Shown one piece after another: positions 27,367 through 35,991 of a stretch of 64,000 bases of DNA. Origin of the DNA: a virus. Taxonomy: Duplodnaviria; Heunggongvirae; Uroviricota; Caudoviricetes. Position 1 is the first letter of the stretch. Each line of letters starts with the position of its first letter. A program made the position numbers and the translations under genes. The notes beneath the pieces are model-generated. The model was not told the DNA's origin. It ran no database searches and saw only the letters and a program-made list of their open reading frames with translations. The DNA is taken from positions 78,358-142,357 of the IMG/VR virus record IMGVR_UViG_3300012346_000561; one strand, 5' to 3'.

Positions 27367-27704
27367 AATATGGTCATTGTGTTCTTATCAAACATAGATT
27401 TGTGTACGACCTTTTGTGTACCATCACTCATTAATAAGCTATAGTGTGAAGGTCTCTTTTGAATTATCCTTACCACAGTTACATTTGCATTACTATTAGT
27501 AGTATTATCTTTTTTATCTACAATAGTATTTGCTTTTACTATAGGGGTACTAGTAGTAGTGTCTGGAGTATTATCTATTGTACTCTCTACTATGTTATCT
27601 TTCTGATCTGTACTTTGATTTGAGATTTGATTAGTAATGTTTTGATCAACTGTTGTTGGTTCATTAGTTGTTTGTGTCTGTGTGCTTGCTGTTTGCTTTG
27701 CCAT
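27354..27704 (-). CDS. low-complexity Thr/Asn/Gln-rich protein with basic C-terminal domain
   Basis: 116 aa; 3' end overlaps second CGGTT repeat array. Confidence 0.4.
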   Translation of the reverse strand: MAKQTASTQTQTTNEPTTVDQNITNQISNQSTDQKDNIVESTIDNTPDTTTSTPIVKANTIVDKKDNTTNSNANVTVVRIIQKRPSHYSLLMSDGTQKVVHKSMFDKNTMTILTDK

Positions 27705-27845
27705 TTGTATTTGATTTTAATTTATAATTTTTGTTTTTAGATTGTTTTGTTTTAGGTCTTGGAGGCATTGGTATTCTTCTTCCTCCTCCTTTCAATCCAA
27801 CACTACCTGTCATTGCTAATACAAGTAGTAGCCAAATGAAGAACA

Positions 27846-28043
27846 TCATATCTCTTCCAATGTTAATATTGATATACAATGTGGAAAGTTATCATAGTCT
27901 CTGAGTATTACCAATCCTCCTTGTTCGTTTACTACCTGGACAGCTATTCCTTCTATAACCTTTCCTGCTCCTTTTCTAGAGTTAAAGGTTACTTTATTAC
28001 CTCTGTACTTCTTAAAGTATAATACTACGTCTTCAATCTTCAT
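27846..28043 (-). CDS. small hypothetical protein
   Basis: 65 aa ORF. Confidence 0.35.
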   Translation of the reverse strand: MKIEDVVLYFKKYRGNKVTFNSRKGAGKVIEGIAVQVVNEQGGLVILRDYDNFPHCISILTLEEI

Positions 28044-28174
28044 GTTGTATAACTAAATAAGGTTTATCTTTGTCTGTCTTTTTTATTGTACCGCTTTGTA
28101 TTAGTTCCTGAGTACCTTGAGGATCTTTCTGAGACATTATTAGGATTGTCTGCTCCATATAGATTACTTTCATA

Positions 28175-28681
28175 TTATCTATTTTTTGTTTGATTTAACC
28201 ACACTCCGTAATCATCTTCATTTACTTGATATCCCCAATGAAGAAGGCTTTGTTGAATTCTAGGACTTACATCCCAATCACCTGTACTATCAATCATTCC
28301 ATATATCCTTTGTCTCCATCTTCCATTAGGTCCGCAAAAGTCCAACCATCTCTGTATCTGTCTTTGATCATCTGAGTGTCTTCTGCCCATGTAGTATTTG
28401 CAATACCATTCAAACCATCCGTATGGATCATCTTCATGCATCCAATTACTATCTTTCCAAAATTGGTAGTCCTTACCACTTCTTACTCTAAACTTATTGT
28501 CCTTTGGCTGATACTTGTTAGATAAATATAAACTTGGATCTATATCTCCAAATGATTCGAACAATTCACTGTAATACATATCACCTTGTAGTTTCTGTAC
28601 TCCGAAGTAAGATCCCCCAAAGATGCCTTGTTTTAGCATTTGACTTGGAGTTAGGTTAGGTTTAAAGTTTGAATTGTCCAT
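28175..28681 (-). CDS. Trp/Tyr-rich hypothetical protein
   Basis: 168 aa; conserved 18-mer TTGTTAAAATTTGCGCGT lies 17-34 nt upstream of its ATG. Confidence 0.45.
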   Translation of the reverse strand: MDNSNFKPNLTPSQMLKQGIFGGSYFGVQKLQGDMYYSELFESFGDIDPSLYLSNKYQPKDNKFRVRSGKDYQFWKDSNWMHEDDPYGWFEWYCKYYMGRRHSDDQRQIQRWLDFCGPNGRWRQRIYGMIDSTGDWDVSPRIQQSLLHWGYQVNEDDYGVWLNQTKNR

Positions 28682-28696
28682 GTAATGTTTGTGTAC

Positions 28697-28714
28697 TTGT
28701 TAAAATTTGCGCGT
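28697..28714 (-). promoter_or_regulatory. conserved 18-mer TTGTTAAAATTTGCGCGT (copy 1)
   Basis: exact 18/18 match to 53260-53277; lies 17-34 nt upstream of ATG of 28175..28681. Confidence 0.4.
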
Positions 28715-28725
28715 CACGGCTTGAG

Positions 28726-28836
28726 TTAGCGCCCTCGTCGTTTCTTTGCTGCAGGCTCCAACAATAAGACTATTCCTATTACAAATCCTGCAACAACACA
28801 TCCCATTGCTATTGCTCCTACTATTGCATGTATCAT
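28726..28836 (-). CDS. 36-aa hydrophobic membrane peptide (not in ORF track)
   Basis: ATG..MIHAIVGAIAMGCVVAGFVIGIVLLLEPAAKKRRGR..TAA. Confidence 0.25.
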   Translation of the reverse strand: MIHAIVGAIAMGCVVAGFVIGIVLLLEPAAKKRRGR

Positions 28837-28932
28837 ATTGAATCTATTTGTTCTTGTGTTAAACTACTTCTCCACTCCTGAATGTACTTCTCCTCTTCGT
28901 CAAGTAATGCTTGTAACTCTTCTTCTGTCATA

Positions 28933-28968
28933 ACCTTTATCTTTTTAATTATACTTAAATATACAAAA
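28933..28968 (-). promoter_or_regulatory. class-2 promoter-like element
   Basis: TATATTTAAGTATAATTAAAAAGATAAAGGTT-ATG; precedes 33-aa ORF 28833..28932. Confidence 0.35.
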
Positions 28969-29577
28969 TTAATCCTTAGGCTCCAAACTTTTTGGGAAAT
29001 AAAGTAGTGTTGGATTTTTCTTTTGTATATCAATCTCTGGAAATCTATCGCTAAATGATTTAATATCAAACCTTTCTGTTATTAAGTGATATCCATTTTT
29101 AGTTGGAATTGTAGTTATAGTCTTATTTCCAACAGGCCTAAGGTTATCAATAAAATCTCCTACTTCAACTAAAGTCTTAAAGTCCTTAGTATCAATATCA
29201 ACAATCCATCTCTTCTCTTGAGTCTTTATTTGTCCTACAACTGAATCAAATAAACCTTTTTGATTGTTACTTCCATTCTGTATACGTTGTGCTAGTGCAG
29301 ACATCATACTCAGAGATACATCAAAGTGATTTTGTTTCTGTACATGAATATAAGCTCTTGCTTTAAACATCTCACATAGCTGGATAATCTCGTCATAACG
29401 TCTCTCTAAATGATCGATACTTTCTATACAGTAAGTCTTAATTGTTCTTACTGATTGATGATTATCTCTCTCTCCTTCCGGTTGATCTTTCTTACGCTTG
29501 AATACATACAGCATATAGAAGTCTCCTTTGTTCTCGTAATTAAGCAATGGCTTAATCAATTCTATATTATTTATCAT
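28969..29577 (-). CDS. hypothetical protein
   Basis: 202 aa ORF. Confidence 0.45.
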   Translation of the reverse strand: MINNIELIKPLLNYENKGDFYMLYVFKRKKDQPEGERDNHQSVRTIKTYCIESIDHLERRYDEIIQLCEMFKARAYIHVQKQNHFDVSLSMMSALAQRIQNGSNNQKGLFDSVVGQIKTQEKRWIVDIDTKDFKTLVEVGDFIDNLRPVGNKTITTIPTKNGYHLITERFDIKSFSDRFPEIDIQKKNPTLLYFPKSLEPKD

Positions 29578-29598
29578 TTTGATTTGTATCTTAATTAA

Positions 29599-29856
29599 TT
29601 ACTTTTCTCTACTATCTAACATTGCCTTAACTGATTCTAAGATAGCTTTAGCAGAGAAATCACCATCCTCGTATAGGGTTATTTCATTTCTAATACTATT
29701 TAACAGTTCATAAGCCTCTAAGTCACCAAATTGTTTACTTAATCCCTCAGCATGTGACTGTGCTTCTAATAGTGAACTAAAGGAAGAAATAAGCGTACCA
29801 TTTCTATAAACAGAAGTATCCTTGGTATAATATTGTTTCTTTGTATATGCTCTCAT
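29599..29856 (-). CDS. hypothetical protein
   Basis: 85 aa; promoter cassette (class 2) upstream. Confidence 0.45.
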   Translation of the reverse strand: MRAYTKKQYYTKDTSVYRNGTLISSFSSLLEAQSHAEGLSKQFGDLEAYELLNSIRNEITLYEDGDFSAKAILESVKAMLDSREK

Positions 29857-29915
29857 AACCTCTATTGTTTTTAATTATACCTAAATATAAGGAATTGCCT
29901 CCGAAGAGGCAACTT
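29857..29915 (-). promoter_or_regulatory. class-2 promoter cassette with hairpin over -33
   Basis: AAAAAAGTTGCCTCTTCGGAGGCAA..TATATTTAGGTATAATTAAAAACAATAGAGGTT-ATG. Confidence 0.5.
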
Positions 29916-29924
29916 TTTTACTAG

Positions 29925-30659
29925 TTATTTTTCAAATGTTGGCTTTAACCACATATCTTTTCCGAATACAACCTCCATAAATCTAGGCTCTATTTTATCT
30001 ATTTCATTGAATAGTCTTAGAGTCTTTACAGTGTCAGCTTGCATCATCTTAATAACTTCTTCTCTTATTCTCTCTCCACTTACCACTTCCTCTAGTTTAT
30101 TAATTAGAGTTGGAAAAAATATAGCTGACCATACTTTTGGTGCTATTACAAATCCTTTAGTAATAGAGAATCTAAGTGCTCTTAACATTCTCAATGGATC
30201 ATCTAGAAACGTCTGAGCTGGATCTAATGGTGTTAATAACATTCTATTCTCCAAAGCCCACATACCGTCAAACAAATCGATAAGATTTCCATCCTCATCC
30301 TCAGCCATAGCATTGACTGTAAAGTCTCTACGAACCAAATCATCCTCTAATGTTCCTAATTCTAGTATCGGACGTCTTGTTCCTTCTACATATCCTACTT
30401 CTTTTCTTGCCATTACAAAGTCAGCATCTAATTTAGCAAACTTATGATCACTTGGAAATTTAGCTCTGATTGTAAACATCTCTGGAACTGAAAGGAATAT
30501 TGTGAATCCTTGATCAATCATCCATTGTTCCATCTCTTTGAATCCTTCTTCAACTGTTTTGTTTAGATCATCTAATACAAATGTGAAGTCGATATCTTTT
30601 GTTTTTACTCCTAGGAGTCCATCTCTGACGCATCCTCCTACTTTAAATATTTTTGGCAT
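29925..30659 (-). CDS. nucleotidyltransferase of the CCA-adding / poly(A) polymerase head-domain family
   Basis: N-terminal GGCVRDGLLG...DIDFTF matches class II tRNA nucleotidyltransferase GGxVRDxLLG...DxD motif; 244 aa. Confidence 0.55.
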   Translation of the reverse strand: MPKIFKVGGCVRDGLLGVKTKDIDFTFVLDDLNKTVEEGFKEMEQWMIDQGFTIFLSVPEMFTIRAKFPSDHKFAKLDADFVMARKEVGYVEGTRRPILELGTLEDDLVRRDFTVNAMAEDEDGNLIDLFDGMWALENRMLLTPLDPAQTFLDDPLRMLRALRFSITKGFVIAPKVWSAIFFPTLINKLEEVVSGERIREEVIKMMQADTVKTLRLFNEIDKIEPRFMEVVFGKDMWLKPTFEK

Positions 30660-30669
30660 AACCTTTCTT

Positions 30670-31086
30670 TTAAATTAATTTAAGTGCTTCTTGTAATCCT
30701 ACTTCTAATGCTTCTTCGTAAGTATTAAAAAACTTACTCTTAAATTTAGACTTATGATGCATTCCAAACTTTATAACATTGGAATAGTACATTATTGGAC
30801 AATTATGAGGTAAACCAACATTAATTGTAATATGCAACCTATACTGCTCTCTTAACCATTTTTGAAGTAGTGATTGTGTTGGCGCTTCTATATTACCATA
30901 CTTAGCATCAACCTCTCTATTTTCTTTTTTACTTAAAATAAATTCCTTTATTTGCTCTAAACAGTCTCCATCTAATTCACCTTTATAGTTGTAATAATGG
31001 TTACCCCATAATTTAGTTATAGGTTTACTAAAATCTTTTTCTTTAGCTAATTTAGCTGTTTCAAATGTTACTACCTGTTCTTGCAT
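30670..31086 (-). CDS. hypothetical protein
   Basis: 138 aa. Confidence 0.4.
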   Translation of the reverse strand: MQEQVVTFETAKLAKEKDFSKPITKLWGNHYYNYKGELDGDCLEQIKEFILSKKENREVDAKYGNIEAPTQSLLQKWLREQYRLHITINVGLPHNCPIMYYSNVIKFGMHHKSKFKSKFFNTYEEALEVGLQEALKLI

Positions 31087-31091
31087 AACCT

Positions 31092-31475
31092 TTATTTTAA
31101 TGTTTCTCTTAATTTAACTAATACTTTCTTCAAGTGTCTTGTATTGTCGTAGTTGTTTATAAAGCTACCTGAGATTTCACTTGCTGTAAATAATGTCTTT
31201 GTAATATACCCTTCAAAGAATCTAGAACGACATTGCTCTAATATCTCAGGACATTTACTCTCACTTGTCATCAACCCACATACCCAAAAGCCATCTCTCT
31301 TCTCCAATAGAATGTATGGATGATTAAATATTGTATGCATGAAAACATCTCCTACCTTATGAAATTTAGGCTTTCTAGTAGCTGATGATCCTGGTAAGCA
31401 ACCTATCCATGACATTAATTGCTGATGGTTGTACTTACCTTCCTTTACTTTCTCTATTAATTGAAACTTATCCAT
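31092..31475 (-). CDS. hypothetical protein
   Basis: 127 aa; promoter cassette upstream. Confidence 0.4.
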   Translation of the reverse strand: MDKFQLIEKVKEGKYNHQQLMSWIGCLPGSSATRKPKFHKVGDVFMHTIFNHPYILLEKRDGFWVCGLMTSESKCPEILEQCRSRFFEGYITKTLFTASEISGSFINNYDNTRHLKKVLVKLRETLK

Positions 31476-31545
31476 AACCTTTATTTTTAATTTCTATACC
31501 TAAATATACGAAAAAAGGCCTACCGAAGCAAGCCTTTTGTCAATT
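31476..31545 (-). promoter_or_regulatory. class-2 promoter cassette
   Basis: AAAAGGCTTGCTTCGGTAGGCCTTTTTTCGTATATTTAGGTATAGAAATTAAAAATAAAGGTT-ATG. Confidence 0.5.
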
Positions 31546-31562
31546 ATTTTTAAAATATTTTA

Positions 31563-32399
31563 CTATTTTATATTCATCATAAAATTACCTCCACCACTTG
31601 TGATGTATTGTGGTACTTGTGATCCACCTCTTCTCCATGCTTCAATCCATTGTTGTTGCAATAACATTGGTGTTAATGTTCTTTGTTTTAAAGTATTTGC
31701 TTCAGCTTCAGCTCTTGCTCTTGTAAGTGTTGATTGAGCATCTCCTTCTGCTTCTGCTACTTTAATCTTAGCTTCTGCCTCAGCCTGCTTAACTCTATTC
31801 TCAGCCATTAAAGCTTTCTGTACTGCATTGTTTTTGGCATTAATAGCATTCTTGAATGATTTTGGATATTCTAAATTAGTTGTAAATTGATCCAATACAA
31901 ACCCTTCTGGCTCTAATTGCTTTCTTAATGTTAATTTTACTTTATTATCAAATGCCTCTCTACTTGAGATTAATTGATCAGCAGTATAACTATTTGTAAC
32001 AATTCTAAATGCTTCTGTTACAGCTGTCTTTAAGAATCCATTCTCAATACCATCTAAGTCTTTTCTGTATTTTGCAAAGATCTGTGTGGCCTTATCTGGA
32101 TTAATTCTATAGTTTACAATTGGACTAACATGGAACTCTGATCCATCTTTACTATTCACTACGAATGATCCTTCTTCTGTATATTCTTTATGACGAATAT
32201 TGATTGGAAATTCATAGATGTTTGTTGTGATTGGATTATAAAAGACTGTACCTGTACATTCTGTTACTCCACTTACCCCTCTTCCTGTACCAAACTTGTT
32301 TACTTTGATACCAATGTTACCTGAGTCAATGTTCTCACATGACATGGTTACTGCAAAAACTACTAGGATTAATCCTACTGCTACTAAAATTCTGTTCAT
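31563..32399 (-). CDS. SPFH / band-7 (prohibitin-stomatin-HflK/C) family membrane protein
   Basis: N-terminal TM/signal; C-terminal Ala/Glu coiled coil KQAEAEAKIKVAEAEGDAQSTLTRARAEAEA typical of SPFH domain. Confidence 0.6.
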   Translation of the reverse strand: MNRILVAVGLILVVFAVTMSCENIDSGNIGIKVNKFGTGRGVSGVTECTGTVFYNPITTNIYEFPINIRHKEYTEEGSFVVNSKDGSEFHVSPIVNYRINPDKATQIFAKYRKDLDGIENGFLKTAVTEAFRIVTNSYTADQLISSREAFDNKVKLTLRKQLEPEGFVLDQFTTNLEYPKSFKNAINAKNNAVQKALMAENRVKQAEAEAKIKVAEAEGDAQSTLTRARAEAEANTLKQRTLTPMLLQQQWIEAWRRGGSQVPQYITSGGGNFMMNIK

Positions 32400-32482
32400 A
32401 ACTTCTTTGTTTAAATTTGATTTATAATTAATTGTTTATTATTATACCTAAATATACGAAATATATTCTTAGGAGGCAACTA
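32400..32482 (-). promoter_or_regulatory. class-2 promoter cassette
   Basis: AGTTGCCTCCTAAG..TCGTATATTTAGGTATAATAATAAACAATTAATT. Confidence 0.45.
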
Positions 32483-32854
32483 ATCCAGCCCTAATTTTTT
32501 TCTTTTATTTGTCTTAAAGGTAGAATTTTCAATATCATCTTTAAATAACTTCTTAACTCTGCTATAAGATTTACTCCATATTGGAATTACTCCTACTTCT
32601 GGGATGTGATATGGAAATAGAATAGAGTACTGTGTTTCGTAGATTGAAGGATTGGGCCACCCTATTATATCTAATACAAACTTATCATTCCACCTTTTTG
32701 ATACCCCATTTATAAGATTTTTACTTTCGATCTTATCTAAATAATCTGAGATGTCTTTGTCTGAGATTGGTGAGCCTAATTCAAATAAAGCTATACTTTC
32801 AAGTACTCCTAAAACTACTAAACCTACAATTAATATTACTAATAATACTACCAT
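32480..32854 (-). CDS. membrane-anchored hypothetical protein
   Basis: 124 aa; N-terminal TM. Confidence 0.4.
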   Translation of the reverse strand: MVVLLVILIVGLVVLGVLESIALFELGSPISDKDISDYLDKIESKNLINGVSKRWNDKFVLDIIGWPNPSIYETQYSILFPYHIPEVGVIPIWSKSYSRVKKLFKDDIENSTFKTNKRKKLGLD

Positions 32855-32856
32855 AA

Positions 32857-33090
32857 CTATTGTTCTTTTTCTTGTTTAACTTCTTCTTTTACTTCTTCCT
32901 CAGGCTTGAGTACTTTCATTACATACAATCCTAGGAATCCAAATGCTACAAATACTATTAGAAGTATCAATACTCCTAAGTTGAATAGGTAACTGTCTGG
33001 TCTATTCATTAGATATAAACCTAAGTCTGTTAACTGGACTAACCCTAATCCTAAGAATAGTCCTGCTAGAAATTTAATAACTGCTTTCAT
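32857..33090 (-). CDS. small two-TM membrane protein
   Basis: 77 aa. Confidence 0.4.
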   Translation of the reverse strand: MKAVIKFLAGLFLGLGLVQLTDLGLYLMNRPDSYLFNLGVLILLIVFVAFGFLGLYVMKVLKPEEEVKEEVKQEKEQ

Positions 33091-33302
33091 TATTTACTTG
33101 AATTTGAATTTTTAAATAATATTCCGAATAAAAAACTAATTCCTAATGCTTGCCAGAATGTGATTGGATTGATTCCATCCACTGCTCCTACAAGAGAATA
33201 GTTCCACAATAACTGTACTGGCCATGCCAACACTACACATGCTACAAATAGTAGAGCCAATGCTCCCAATAATGCTCCTATCTTTTCCATACTATAGTTC
33301 AT
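33090..33302 (-). CDS. small two-TM membrane protein
   Basis: 70 aa, ATGA overlap. Confidence 0.35.
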   Translation of the reverse strand: MNYSMEKIGALLGALALLFVACVVLAWPVQLLWNYSLVGAVDGINPITFWQALGISFLFGILFKNSNSSK

Positions 33303-33528
33303 TTTCTGGTGTTCCTGTTAGTGAATCTACATCTACGTATTTAGCATTTACCTGCTCCTTCAATACTTCTCGTAGGTATTTTATGTTCTCAACTCCTACT
33401 GCTCTTACAGCTCTTTGTGGATCCTTAAATAACTTTTCATAAGTCTTGCCATTCTTTTTTATAACTTGAATATAATTTCCATCCAAGTCTGCCATCAATT
33501 CCTTTGGTGTTTTTACTTTGCCTTCCAT
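33292..33528 (-). CDS. hypothetical protein
   Basis: 78 aa. Confidence 0.4.
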   Translation of the reverse strand: MEGKVKTPKELMADLDGNYIQVIKKNGKTYEKLFKDPQRAVRAVGVENIKYLREVLKEQVNAKYVDVDSLTGTPENEL

Positions 33529-33530
33529 TT

Positions 33531-33767
33531 TTAATTTATGTATAATAAGTTTCCTTGTTCATCCTCTATCTTTGTTACTTCCATCTTCTTGTCTACACGC
33601 TCAAGTACCTGCTTTCCGTTAAACTGGAAGTACATGTTAAATGCCTGTGCAAATGTCTGAAAGTCATATGTTATGTAATCTCCCTTCTCTTGCAGATAGA
33701 ATTTATAAAACCAAGCCAGATCGTACTGGCCTGATTTTCTCATTTGTATGTACTGCTCTCTACTCAT
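33531..33767 (-). CDS. hypothetical protein
   Basis: 78 aa. Confidence 0.4.
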   Translation of the reverse strand: MSREQYIQMRKSGQYDLAWFYKFYLQEKGDYITYDFQTFAQAFNMYFQFNGKQVLERVDKKMEVTKIEDEQGNLLYIN

Positions 33768-34597
33768 TAGTTAACAAATGCTGTTGCAAGTTTGAAGAGC
33801 TTCTGATTAACTTCTAGATCTTTCTCGAATGATTTGATCTTCTTAACCTTTCTTACTTTAGCTCCTCTCAATGCTGCTGAGTATCCTCCGTTGATGACAG
33901 CCTCCTGTACTCTGTTGAATACTAGCCATAAACTGTCTCCTTCATCTTCTTTTCTTGTAGCCTTCAACACTTCTTCGATACTTGCATCAGTGTACTCAGC
34001 ATCAGGATTTGTAGTTCTCAAAGCCATAGCATCGATTGCTAACTGTCTTTGCTCTTGTGGAGTAAGCATTCTAACTTGCATTTTGTTTAGAACCTCAACC
34101 TTATTTGGAAGATCCGCAACTGCAGAAGCTACTACTGTTTGTAATTCTTCAAACGTATATCCTTTGTGTTTGATACTGAATGCTGAGAATTCTTCGTCAG
34201 CAACTACCAATCCATTAGAGCAAACCAATCTGTAGATCCCAACTCTGAACTGGAATGAACTTAATCCATCGTGAGAGTTTGTTACAATAATTCTTGGGAA
34301 AGCATCATCACCATTCTTACCTTTAATCATAAGATCAGGATTCTGAAATGATACTATGTGTTTAGATCTGATAGTAGGTGATCCATCCTTTCTTGGTTTA
34401 GTTCTTCTTTGTGCTGCACTTACTGGAAGCCATCCTAACTTTGCTAAGTCGTCGATAACTGTCTCAGTGTTAACATGTAGGTACTTATCGCTTACTCCTT
34501 TGTTGGTAGGTTCTGTAGCAAATACTACTGGTGCGATCTCTTTGATTTGATCTTTTGAAAGGTAAGAATCTAAACCTGTGTTGAATTTTGATAACAT
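33767..34597 (-). CDS. DUF932-like phage/plasmid protein
   Basis: 276 aa; IVTNSHDGLSSF resembles conserved NSHDGS motif of DUF932. Confidence 0.45.
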   Translation of the reverse strand: MLSKFNTGLDSYLSKDQIKEIAPVVFATEPTNKGVSDKYLHVNTETVIDDLAKLGWLPVSAAQRRTKPRKDGSPTIRSKHIVSFQNPDLMIKGKNGDDAFPRIIVTNSHDGLSSFQFRVGIYRLVCSNGLVVADEEFSAFSIKHKGYTFEELQTVVASAVADLPNKVEVLNKMQVRMLTPQEQRQLAIDAMALRTTNPDAEYTDASIEEVLKATRKEDEGDSLWLVFNRVQEAVINGGYSAALRGAKVRKVKKIKSFEKDLEVNQKLFKLATAFVN

Positions 34598-34665
34598 AAC
34601 TGATTGTTTAATTATTAATACTTTGTAAATATAGTAATTAATATAACGCGAGGCAACAGTCTAGT
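34598..34665 (-). promoter_or_regulatory. class-2 promoter cassette
   Basis: CTGTTGCCTCGCGTTATATTAATTACTATATTTACAAAGTATTAATAATTAAACAATCAGTT-ATG. Confidence 0.45.
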
Positions 34666-34680
34666 AAAATATTTTTAATA

Positions 34681-34932
34681 TTATTTTAGCAATCCCAAAG
34701 CTCTTGCTCTTGCATATGAAACTTCTTTACCTGTTGCAGGGTTCAAGTACAACCTCTTAGTCTTTGGCAAGTTGTCCATTCTCTTTTGCTCTTTTGCAAA
34801 CTGCTCCAAGTATCCTTTAGGATATTCGAACTCTGCTGTCTCTATACCACTAGTGATACTATGTGTGCGGTAAGTATACGTTGTAACTATTCCAGTATGC
34901 TCACACTTAAATACAGATACTAATTTTTTCAT
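34681..34932 (-). CDS. hypothetical protein
   Basis: 83 aa. Confidence 0.4.
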   Translation of the reverse strand: MKKLVSVFKCEHTGIVTTYTYRTHSITSGIETAEFEYPKGYLEQFAKEQKRMDNLPKTKRLYLNPATGKEVSYARARALGLLK

Positions 34933-35231
34933 AGCAACTTCTCTTTTATGTTCTTGATTAGTAAATATGTATCGATTGCTTCATCAGCCATCTCCCACTC
35001 CTGATAATGATTCAAACAATTGTCCAAGGCAGTAGTCCATTCTTTAATCGGAAGAGATATTTCAAAAGAATTCTCTAAACCTTCTATGTGTATTTCAAAT
35101 AGCATGGCTGTCTTTTTCTTATTATCGAAAGCTTCTTGAATACCTTCTCTGATATTATTTGTCATATCAACTGACTTCTCTCTGAAGATGGCTTCTAATT
35201 CCTGTAGGTCTTCTATTTGTAATTTTCTCAT
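34929..35231 (-). CDS. hypothetical protein
   Basis: 100 aa. Confidence 0.4.
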   Translation of the reverse strand: MRKLQIEDLQELEAIFREKSVDMTNNIREGIQEAFDNKKKTAMLFEIHIEGLENSFEISLPIKEWTTALDNCLNHYQEWEMADEAIDTYLLIKNIKEKLL

Positions 35232-35557
35232 ATACGATTGCTATTTACTAATGATTTTTGATTGACTGGCATCTCTGGATTGGTAACGATTGTTTCTGTA
35301 TCCATTCTGATTACTTCTACATTTGATTGTACAATGTACACTGGACCGTTATATTCGTATGTATGCATAGGAACATTGAACATACTATCTCCTAAGCCTG
35401 GTTGTTTAATAGGCTCAGTTATTCTTCTCTTTCCATCAAATGATCTGAATTCTCTAGCTGTAGTACGGTACCAATTACCTTTTATACAAACCTCACATAC
35501 TCCTGAAGTATTAAAATCATATACGAGCTTTGCGGTATTACCTGTCTTTTCTGCCAT
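35228..35557 (-). CDS. hypothetical protein
   Basis: 109 aa; promoter cassette upstream. Confidence 0.4.
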   Translation of the reverse strand: MAEKTGNTAKLVYDFNTSGVCEVCIKGNWYRTTAREFRSFDGKRRITEPIKQPGLGDSMFNVPMHTYEYNGPVYIVQSNVEVIRMDTETIVTNPEMPVNQKSLVNSNRI

Positions 35558-35625
35558 AACCTTTATCTTTTTATTTATACCTAAATATATGAATAAAATC
35601 CCTACTAGGCAACTTTTTATTGAAG
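35558..35625 (-). promoter_or_regulatory. class-2 promoter cassette
   Basis: AAAAAGTTGCCTAGTAGGG..TTCATATATTTAGGTATAAATAAAAAGATAAAGGTT-ATG. Confidence 0.5.
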
Positions 35626-35991
35626 AAGTTTAATTCTCGTATACCCGTCAATGTGTATCTGATTTTCACCTTTACCAGATGCTCCTTTAATGGGAATAAA
35701 TAAATGGTTATGCTCTATTCTTAGTCTACGTACAATATTCTCAAACAAATACTTTTGTACATGTCTGTTATCTACAGGAAAATCGTATGCAAAAATGTCG
35801 TCATTATAGTACCCTCTCATACTCTCTACTGTAGGTACTTTAAAGATCAGTACCTTATTTTTAAAGAGCTTCTGAATATAATAGTCAATTGCTCTTGTAG
35901 TATTTCCATACCTTCTAATATTTTCATACCCTATCTCCTTAGCTCTTCTCTTAATGAAGTCTTCTACGTCTGCATTTATTAAATATTCCAT
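35617..35991 (-). CDS. hypothetical protein
   Basis: 124 aa; promoter cassette upstream. Confidence 0.4.
   Translation of the reverse strand: MEYLINADVEDFIKRRAKEIGYENIRRYGNTTRAIDYYIQKLFKNKVLIFKVPTVESMRGYYNDDIFAYDFPVDNRHVQKYLFENIVRRLRIEHNHLFIPIKGASGKGENQIHIDGYTRIKLLQ

Noticed and set aside
28294-28479. Nested/overlapping minus-strand ORFs 28294..28479, 57207..57443, 24841..25023, 20507..20779, 47276..47458, 63582..63764, 28833..29069, 23445..23771, 27664..27879
   Set aside because: Alternative frames inside or heavily overlapping stronger genes or promoter cassettes; kept only as possible short internal-start versions (23445..23594, 27664..27849, 28833..28932).
29885-29912. GCCTCCGAAGAGGC + T-run as rho-independent terminators for the minus-strand genes
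   Set aside because: On the coding (minus) strand the uridine run would precede, not follow, the hairpin; the hairpin overlaps the conserved -33 AGTTGCCTC element, so it is recorded as part of the promoter cassette instead.
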